A DNA stretch of 64,000 bases from Schmidtea polychroa (Eukaryota), in the NCBI GenBank assembly GCA_044892525.1, contig CM097888.1, positions 37,758,001 through 37,822,000 on the forward strand. The letters run 5' to 3'. This document shows positions 47,845 through 56,779 of the stretch, in pieces. Both the position numbers and the translations under genes were made by a program. Below the pieces are notes generated by a model. The model saw nothing but the letters and a program-made list of their open reading frames with translations, made no database searches and was not told the origin of the DNA. How positions within the stretch are numbered: the first letter of the stretch is position 1; every line of letters begins with the position of its first letter.

Positions 47845-49548
47845 TTATATTATTTCATTTTTTAACAGAAGATCCAATACATTCTGTTTATCATTTGGAT
47901 GGGTCTTCTCTGACTTCTGGGTGGGTCTATTCGCACTTGATGACTTGGATATACTTTCCGTAATTATTGACAGTCTGTTCCTTAATTGAGAACGAGCGCG
48001 TTTTGTACAAACAAAACAAAGAGTCAATAAAAATCCTTGAAGACAATTTAACATCGAACCTAAATTTATCAAAATCTTGAGTTGTGTAAATATTGAGATA
48101 ATTTGCAATACATAACCAATGCCAAATACTGCCGTAAGTCTTACACAAAGGCACAAAGTTGAATTCGAGTTTCTCGTCTTCACCATTCTGCATTCTTTGG
48201 CAGTTTTGAATAGTTGATAAAACACAAATCCACATGTGATTAAATTCCACAATAATAACAAACAAACGGGAATGAAATACCATACCAACCCTCCAACCTC
48301 ACTAGTAAACCAACAATGCTGTCCTCCATACCTTGGTCTAAGCGATGAATTAGTTTTATCAAAATATTCAGTTACTACAGAAATTCCCACAACGGAACCA
48401 GAAACACCAAATACACATATAAAATATATGCAAAATGTCTTCCAACCTTTATTCTTGTTAATGCTTGCTGACTTTGTGCCGAAGGTTTGTAACAGATCCA
48501 AGGCGTAAACAGCCATCCAAACGAAAGTACTCAGAGCAACAAAATGATGGAATATTGCCAAATACTTACACGAGGTTGATTTGACAATTTGAGTGTTGGT
48601 TACCAATAAACTCATGAAATTGATCAACCAAAGACAAATACTCAAACAAACGGTTAAGTAGCCTCCGAAATTCCTAAAGACCTGATGAGTTAAATATAAT
48701 ATAACCAAAAAGAGTAAAGATATTAATGATACACAAGTGAAAATAAATGAGATGTGGTATGTTATCGTTCCTGCCATATCTGTCTCAAAGGTAGAATTTG
48801 ATGTGTAATTATTGTAATTTAGGACAGAGGATTCCTCTTCATTCTCTCCATCTTCTTCCCACTCCTTATAATTTAGTAAGTAGCCAAATTCATTAAAGCT
48901 AAATGGAATTTTTATCACAGGTAAGGATGCATTTCTTTCAATATCAGAACAATTTTTAATATCACAATTATAAATATCTTGAGGATGATCGTCATTTGGG
49001 GAGGAGATGTTTGAAAAATCATTTGTTCTAATCATACAATTCCTTTGTAACCCTTTTTCAAAATATGGTAAAACTTTATACAATTTTGAGATTTGTTTCA
49101 TCACAGTTTTATTCTCAATTTTATCTTTATCAAACGGAAGAATTAAATCTTCAATTTTCACTTGCAAATACGTAAAATGAATTTCTTCATTACATTTAGC
49201 ACAGAATAGATTCCCATAGATAATCTTTATATTCGAAATCACTGGGATCCAGGATTTGAGATGATTTTTGGGATTGAATATATTTCTTTTGCATAAATCA
49301 GAGAGAGGATGATTGGGATTATTGCATTTATTAATTATCCACATAGCTGATGGGAATAACTTGTTGAATGGTTTGCATGACAAAACATTTCTAAGTAATC
49401 CCGGCTTACCGTGATCCGGATGGCCATAACAACAATCGCCATATAGAGAACATTGAGGATCTGAATGACATATTTGATCAATTTGTAAACCAGAGTAACT
49501 TGATTTCATTGATGAAAATAAAATTATCCATATTGATAAAGTATTCAT
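47845..49548 (-). CDS. Intronless SMB-like class-B GPCR, copy 6, 567 aa
   Basis: ATG start, signal peptide and 7TM; closest to copy 5. Confidence 0.92.
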   Translation of the reverse strand: MNTLSIWIILFSSMKSSYSGLQIDQICHSDPQCSLYGDCCYGHPDHGKPGLLRNVLSCKPFNKLFPSAMWIINKCNNPNHPLSDLCKRNIFNPKNHLKSWIPVISNIKIIYGNLFCAKCNEEIHFTYLQVKIEDLILPFDKDKIENKTVMKQISKLYKVLPYFEKGLQRNCMIRTNDFSNISSPNDDHPQDIYNCDIKNCSDIERNASLPVIKIPFSFNEFGYLLNYKEWEEDGENEEESSVLNYNNYTSNSTFETDMAGTITYHISFIFTCVSLISLLFLVILYLTHQVFRNFGGYLTVCLSICLWLINFMSLLVTNTQIVKSTSCKYLAIFHHFVALSTFVWMAVYALDLLQTFGTKSASINKNKGWKTFCIYFICVFGVSGSVVGISVVTEYFDKTNSSLRPRYGGQHCWFTSEVGGLVWYFIPVCLLLLWNLITCGFVFYQLFKTAKECRMVKTRNSNSTLCLCVRLTAVFGIGYVLQIISIFTQLKILINLGSMLNCLQGFLLTLCFVCTKRARSQLRNRLSIITESISKSSSANRPTQKSEKTHPNDKQNVLDLLLKNEII

Positions 49549-50892
49549 TGATCGATTGTGAATTATTTGTGATCTGGGTTCAATTTATTTGTTTAAATTA
49601 GCAAGTTGTGTAATGAATTATTTGATAGGCTGATAAAGTTGTCACAGGATTTGTCTGTTACAGAAAATAGAAATTAAATATGATTTATAGAAATTTATTA
49701 TGCAAACAGAATGAGATGTGGAATATTAATTAATCTTACTGATATCGAAGAATAATAATCTGCGCCGAATTAATTTGATATCCGTTGCGTTTATCTTGAA
49801 TTTAATTATTCTCTGTTCTCTCATATTACAAATATATTTAAACAAAATAACAAATTTTTGTACAATTACAATGTATTTCTATCAAGATTGACCAGTAAAT
49901 TGAATATTTTTTAGCATAATTGTTTTATTCTTGTTTATGAAGAAATAACGAAGAAAAATATTTTCTGGATAGTTGTATAAATAATTTTAATAAAATACAC
50001 GAGACGTTTAGCTCTCACTTTTCCATCCTTGAAAAATTTTTAATTATCATACAGATTAAAAAGTATGAATTATACCTTTATTTTGGATTTTCTTTCTTTT
50101 TTTTTCCTTTTTCCTTTTTTTTCCAATTTTCCTTTTTGTTTTTCAGCATTCCGCGTAAAGCGGTTGAGGATTTAAAACAACTATGTTTTCTAAACATAAC
50201 TTTTGAAATTAAAATGATTTATATATACATATATATTAACAAATTTTGTAAATATATTCTTTTTGGTTTTCTGAAATTCTTGCATTTTTCTCCCCTTTAG
50301 GTTGGATTATGAAAATAGTTTTCATTGCAATGCCCATGGTTATATTTGAACATTTACATTTTTGACATCATCAAATCTAAACCCATTGACTATCTTGGTG
50401 CAGTGATTAATTTATTTGTTTATTAATTTATTACTATAAGAACTTCTTTCAATTTTCACCTCTGATCTCTTATCAATTTTTTAATAAATACAATATTATT
50501 ACTGATTGAAATATAACTTTAAATAAATCGTTCCATTTTATTTTCATTGATATAAAATATTTCAAAAATGGTCTTCTTCCATCAAACTTTGCATTTAATA
50601 CAATTTCTTATTCTTTTGATATCAATGAAATAAACTTTAACTTATTACATCAATTGAAACAAATGAATTATGAAAAAATATTTGAAAGCAACAGATATTT
50701 TTGCAATGAGATCCAAAGTCGAAATCGCAGAGATAACCGAGAGTGGGCCTACTTTACTCCGTTATTTCTGGCACATCATACAGAAGTTTATTCAATGATT
50801 ACTTGACAGTACTTTTTATCAACTTCTTTCACCAAAGGCTACTTTTACTTTTCTTCACAGCCGAAATATATATATATATATATATATGTGTG

Positions 50893-51279
50893 TGTCGTAG
50901 GCAAATGGTAATTTTAGGAAAATAACATTTTCAAGNNNNNNNNNNNNNNNNNNNNNNNNNNNNNNNNNNNNNNNNNNNNNNNNNNNNNNNNNNNNNNNNN
51001 NNNNNNNNNNNNNNNNNNNNNNNNNNNNNNNNNNNNNNNNNNNNNNNNNNNNNNNNNNNNNNNNNNNNNNNNNNNNNNNNNNNNNNNNNNNNNNNNNNNN
51101 NNNNNNAGTCTATCCGACAAAATATTCTGTCCCCCTATGGGTATTAGTCGTAAGGGTACTGGTCGCACTCAACAACTCGCAAGGGTATTATTATATGAAA
51201 TAATAGCTAAAGCTATTTGACCAGGCATATGGCATTTGCCTAGCCAAATGTTATTTTCCTAAAATTACCATTTGCCTAC

Positions 51280-51283
<4 letters not shown>
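50893..51283. mobile_element. MITE with perfect 38-bp TIRs inserted in a (TA)n tract (spans gap 50936-51106)
   Basis: TGTCGTAGGCAAATGGTAATTTTAGGAAAATAACATTT at 50893-50930 and its exact inverse at 51246-51283; TA repeats on both sides. Confidence 0.85.
50936..51106. other. Assembly gap (N)
   Basis: N run. Confidence 1.
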
Positions 51284-51310
<27 letters not shown>

Positions 51311-52383
51311 CTGTTCGTTCAATTATTTTATTAAGAATTTTCAATCACCATGATCTTCATCAAATTACATCAAGATCTACTTGAAATTTAATAAATTAAT
51401 AATTGATCATTTCATCATCATTTAACTTTTCAATTTAATTTGATATTTGGTATATCTTGGTCTTGATCAATGGATCACTTGGGGTTCCCCTAACATATTC
51501 ATTGCCGAAACCAGTTATCCTGTGCTTATTATTTTACCATGTGTTGCTGCTCTGAATGGTCAGTCGGGTTTATATTGGCTTGGATTTCCAAGTCGAAATA
51601 AATTTTGGATGGCAGGAGTCGGAGAATCAACGAGTTCGACTTAACGAGATACTATAGGACGGCCCTAACAAATATAGGGTAAATATATGTGTGGAGCCCT
51701 CATGATTCAGAATCCTAATCCTTCAATCTACAAGCCCAATTTGATCTCTCCGCAAACTCAAAGCAACTCATAATAACTTTGATCGACAATAATCATTCTG
51801 TGTGACAATTCATTTGACAATTTAATGTTTAATTCATTTGATGTGTAATAATTCATTTGTTTATTTTATATATAGAATATTTTTATGATGTTATGAATCA
51901 TGTCGTGAATATATTTTGTACATGCAAAATCGTAATATATGGGGTTCAAAATTAGTTTAAGTAAAAATACTTTAATTTAAATTCTATATCAAAGAAAAAA
52001 ATAAATAATTGATTTTTAAGTAACTAATGAGTTGATTGTTTTTCTATCAAAACGTCAATAACCATACAAATAATAAATTTCATCGACTTGGAAATTCCTT
52101 TTAATAAGATCAGTAAATATTTTCTTTTTATAGAAAAAAATATAGGAAAATAAAATAAATATTTATTTAAAATTAACAACCACTCAAGAAATTTTGTATA
52201 AATAACGCTAATAAACTTAGTTCAGCAGCCCAAAATGTTTACTACACTTTTCAAGATTTAAAAAGGTAAATCTTTATCAGATTCATAAAAAAGAACATGA
52301 CAAAGACGTCTACCATATGCAAGCAACATAGCAAGAATAATAAAAAACACGCACACAGGTGAATCATTTGCAGTAACTAAAAG

Positions 52384-52386
<3 letters not shown>

Positions 52387-52446
<60 letters not shown>
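52387..52446. repeat. (TA)30 microsatellite
   Basis: Read directly. Confidence 0.98.
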
Positions 52447-52449
<3 letters not shown>

Positions 52450-53417
52450 CCATTAAAGTTGAGACTCTCAAATATTGAGACCTCAAAGTAAATAATAAAT
52501 AATATATATGTCATTTACCCCTTGTTTCCCACGGGAATCCTTCACAGTCCATTGTAGTTATTATATTAACTAGTTTGTCATAAATATTCAGGAAACCCCG
52601 ACTCATTGAAAGTCTATCATTTCAATTTTACAATTATTACGTAAATAACAACTAGGAAAGTCATCTTTCCATCCCGGAAAACAGAACACTTTGAAACTTA
52701 TGATAATCTCTCTTCAAATTTCAGTTACTTTCTTTGTCATTATAGGATTCATTATCAGAATTAATTATTTATGTTACGGATAATAATTGAATTACGAATA
52801 AATCGAATAATAGAAATGATGAATTATCAAGTTTGATAAAGGCCTTCCCGAAATATGGCACAATGCCAAAGTGACTAATGTATAGTGGTAGGAAATCATA
52901 TGAGGTTTCACTACAAAAATGCAGGAGTTCTCGGTTTAAGAATATTTATACAAACAAAATAAACAAGAATAATATAGGTTATTTCCGAAAAAAAGTTTAA
53001 TGGATGATAATTGTGATTAGATATGACTTACCTTTTTGATTATGTCACAAGTTTAGTTTGGTTTTATAAAATTTTGTTAGAATGTTTCTTTAAAAAATTC
53101 TTATTTAGCGAAAAACTTTTATTATTTTTTATTAATATTTAATTCAAAATTTTTTGTAAATTTCATTACCGACCTTAATTTGTTTTAATTTTTCAATTTT
53201 AAAATTCACAAATTTTTCCAATCTTATTCTCAGAATTTAATTTTCATAACTAATTTTTGCTGTTAATTTTAGAGCACAAAAATTGTTATTGATTCTAGGA
53301 AACTTACGTTCGTTTAAGAGGGAAAAGTTTTTGATATTGAAGTGAATTTAAAAATTCCGTGATTATTTTGATAATAGCATTTCAGGCCAAATCTTCAATT
53401 TATTAATTTTTAACCAA

Positions 53418-55315
53418 ATGAACATTTTATTATTCGGTCCAACAGTTACGGATATACATCCAGCAATAAATGCAGTTCTAAACGCCGCAATGGAAATAAA
53501 GTATCGTGCAAATTCGTATACTTTATCTAGAATAAAAAGATTGTTCAATAAATGGAAAAAAGATTTTGCAAAGAAAAACGTACTTTTTCAAAATTCGGAA
53601 TTTAGGTAAATTTTACCAATTTAAAAACATTCTATCGGTCTCTCAGGTCAGTAGAACTGTCGCTAAGGACAGCACTATGAGAGTTTTCTGTTTTATTAAG
53701 GGGATCCACTCATATTATTATAGCAGATAGTGATATGGTCAGTGACGTAACCTCAAATTCTGGGCCCCTATGATTTTCAAAATGACCCTCCTTGCAGCCA
53801 ATGACAATCTGATAGACAATAATTTTATGTTTTTAATTCATTTTGAATTTCCGGACTCAAATATTTGATGCTGTGTTTATGTTTATTTAAACGTTCACTC
53901 ATTATTGGATCAAATTCTGCTAGGATCTCAGCTTCAGATAAAAGAAAAGGCATTGCCAAAAATTTGTGAGTACCAAATAACATCGATATATTACTGATTT
54001 ATAGTCTTCAAGGTCTCTTTTTAATAAATTATAAACCTCATCGATGTGTTCATTATGTCCTCTAAATGACTATCCATTGCAAGCTAAACTTTCTTAATTT
54101 CTTTCTCATTTGATTCATTTAAAGCAGTGTACATATCTTTGGCCATTTTTGTGATGTGTAGCTTGTGTTGAACCGGTAATTGTGACTTCATCCAAAAGTG
54201 TAGTATTTGATCACACGCTCTCAGTTACAATAACTTTTCTTATCCGGTGAAAGAAAGCAAAGATATGCATCATCTAACGTTCAAAAGAAAGTGCACAATT
54301 TTATTTTGCACGGATGTCATATTAACCAGACGATATTTCCGCTGTGGTGAGAATTGATTTCACCGGCGTAGATTTAGCCGCAATAATTTCGAATGTAATC
54401 GAATATCACAGATTTCGTTATGTGACGATAAAGACCTTTTCCAATAAATTGCATTCAGTTTATGAATAAAATTATTTTTTAAAATGCTTATAACCAATGA
54501 TATTATTAATTATAATATTATTAATAGTAAATAGATATTTAACTGGTATGATGCAAGTTTCACAAAAATAGAACCGAATTGCGACAATGGTACTAATTTC
54601 TTTAATGTTATGGATCCTTGAAGGACCAATAAATGCTTTTTATTTCTCGGAAATTTTGCAGATAGTATTTGGTTATAACGAAACTTTAGGGGGTATAACA
54701 TCAGTTTCATGACTATAACAACTTATTTTTCCCGGTACACAATTCTTTCTAAGATAAAGCAACAACTAATATTCCTATTTACAAATTAACTTCACAAATA
54801 ATATAAAAATAACAAAGTGACTGTAAACTTTTTATACAAACTTATCTTTTTTATTTTTGACTAAAAATTTCACACTACATTTAAATTAAAAAAAAATGAT
54901 TTAATCCATTTAACTTGAATTCATTTCATTAAAATTCTTCACATTCAGGACTAACAAATAATCTTACTCAAACTCTTCAATTGACTATATTTAATAATTG
55001 AGATAATTGGAAGTCTTAACACTATCAGTGCCAAAGAAAATAATGTATTTTCAATATAAACTTGACAGACTGTGGATTTAAGTGAAAATTTCAAATATTT
55101 TTCGTGTTCATAACTTATGAACTTTAGATGCGGCTCTCTTTCTTTGCTGTCATAATCCTAACGGTACAAAGAGAAAATTTCCAAAAATTGTTGTGGTGCG
55201 AGCGGCAAAGCACTGGCAGTCAAAAATGACTGACATGGCACTGAGTGTGTTACCATTGTATATAGAATTCCGCCCATTACCTGATAAACTGAATGATAAA
55301 TTAAATTTTTTTGAA
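53418..55315 (+). pseudogene. Diverged paralog (copy B) of the methyltransferase-like gene, probably decayed
   Basis: Exon 53418-53605 aligns without gaps to copy A exon 1 (18/51 identical aa) and has the same phase-2 intron in the final Arg codon. AG/GT-bounded open exon 55128-55315 (KIVVVRAAKHW...IEF) resembles copy A exon 3. Motif I region appears decayed (CEYQITSIYY*). Confidence 0.55.
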
Positions 55316-56779
55316 GTTTGACATTTATTCCTAAACATTTAATAATTTTAAGGTTCTCAAATGATTTTAAATATAAGAATTCTCTTCACATAATGAAAAA
55401 CTCATTTATTTAGAAAGGATTAAATTACAATCAATTACAATTAATATTCAATCAGTAACGAATTTATTGAGATTATTTAATCAATTCATTAAATTATAGC
55501 TGTAAAATTATTATAATACAGGAAAGCGAAAACATTGAAATAAAAATGTCACGAAGTAGATAAAGGTGAAAATTTATTCTTAAACATTTGACATTGTTAA
55601 TGATTTCCAAACGATTTTAAACATTATAGTTATCTAACGTTTTAAGCACAAATTTATTTAAAAAAAAATTAAATCAATTACAATTAATATTCGATCAACA
55701 GCTATTTCATTATTTCATTTACATAATTATTGGTTTCCGTTTATAGTATTTGACAGTGAATTGCTTGATGATTTTCCTCATGCTTTTCATATTTATTAGA
55801 GATTTGCCATAATTTTTTACTATTTATTTCAAATAAATTTAATATCTAACATAATGTAAAAAAAAGTTTAAAAGGATTATACAATCATTTGCAATACAGA
55901 AAAGTCGATTTTCCATTAACATTGAAATAAAAAAGTCACGTTGTCAACAATATTAATTAAATGACGTTATCCACATTTTGAATGAATATATCCACAAATC
56001 GGCTTTTATTTTATGTGCTGACCATAAAACCTAAAATCTTGTCAATTAATGAATAAAATTCAATAAAATAAATGCGATATGAACAAAGATTAAAACTTTT
56101 ATGATGCTTCAACTTCAAAATTCTTCTATACATTAGTATTATAATTTTTCGACAATGGAAGGAAAGTGTTCTCGACTTTATCTCTATAGTTAACTTTTAG
56201 GTCTTCGCCCAGTAAGAAAATAAAATACTTTATTGACGTATTTACTTGAGTGGTCTATATATTATAAGAACTTTTTTTTCCAATTTCACCACTAATTTCT
56301 TTTCCATTGTATTTATTAAAAAGCTTGAAGACTATGAATCAGTAAATATATCAAAAACATCGATATGTTTACAGATTCATGAGTGCAATTTTTGAATAAA
56401 ATGATAGCAGCACATTGCCATTATCAATTTATTAAATAAAATCAAACTTTAATGTTCTATTAGCCTGTACAATCAATATGCAAAAAAGAATCCACTTTCT
56501 AAATTATTTTCTAAAGTTGATCACCCCTGTTGAATACTATGGTGACCAGTTACAACAACCGAGATCCAATCACGTATTTAGGAGACATTGCACGTGTTTT
56601 AAACATTAATGTTACTTGACTTCATTATTCATTTTCATTTATAAAACACTTATTATTTTTAGAAACTTTTTTAAATAACTTACCAACAAACACTATTCAC
56701 TTTATTGACTGAGTGTCTGACATTATCATAAACTACATCATTTTTCATTTATTTTTCCATCATACCTTTTTGTCCGTGC

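Noticed and set aside
25829-48508. Three near-identical 90-aa plus-strand ORFs (MIKFHNNNK...)
   Set aside because: Antisense to the conserved 7TM segment of GPCRs 4-6; the similarity is explained by the sense genes.
19760-51168. ORFs composed mostly of X
   Set aside because: Artefacts of N gaps.
53740-53790. CAGTGACGTAACC...GGGCCCC hAT-MITE-like start
   Set aside because: Other end not found; it may interrupt MTase-B but this is unproven.
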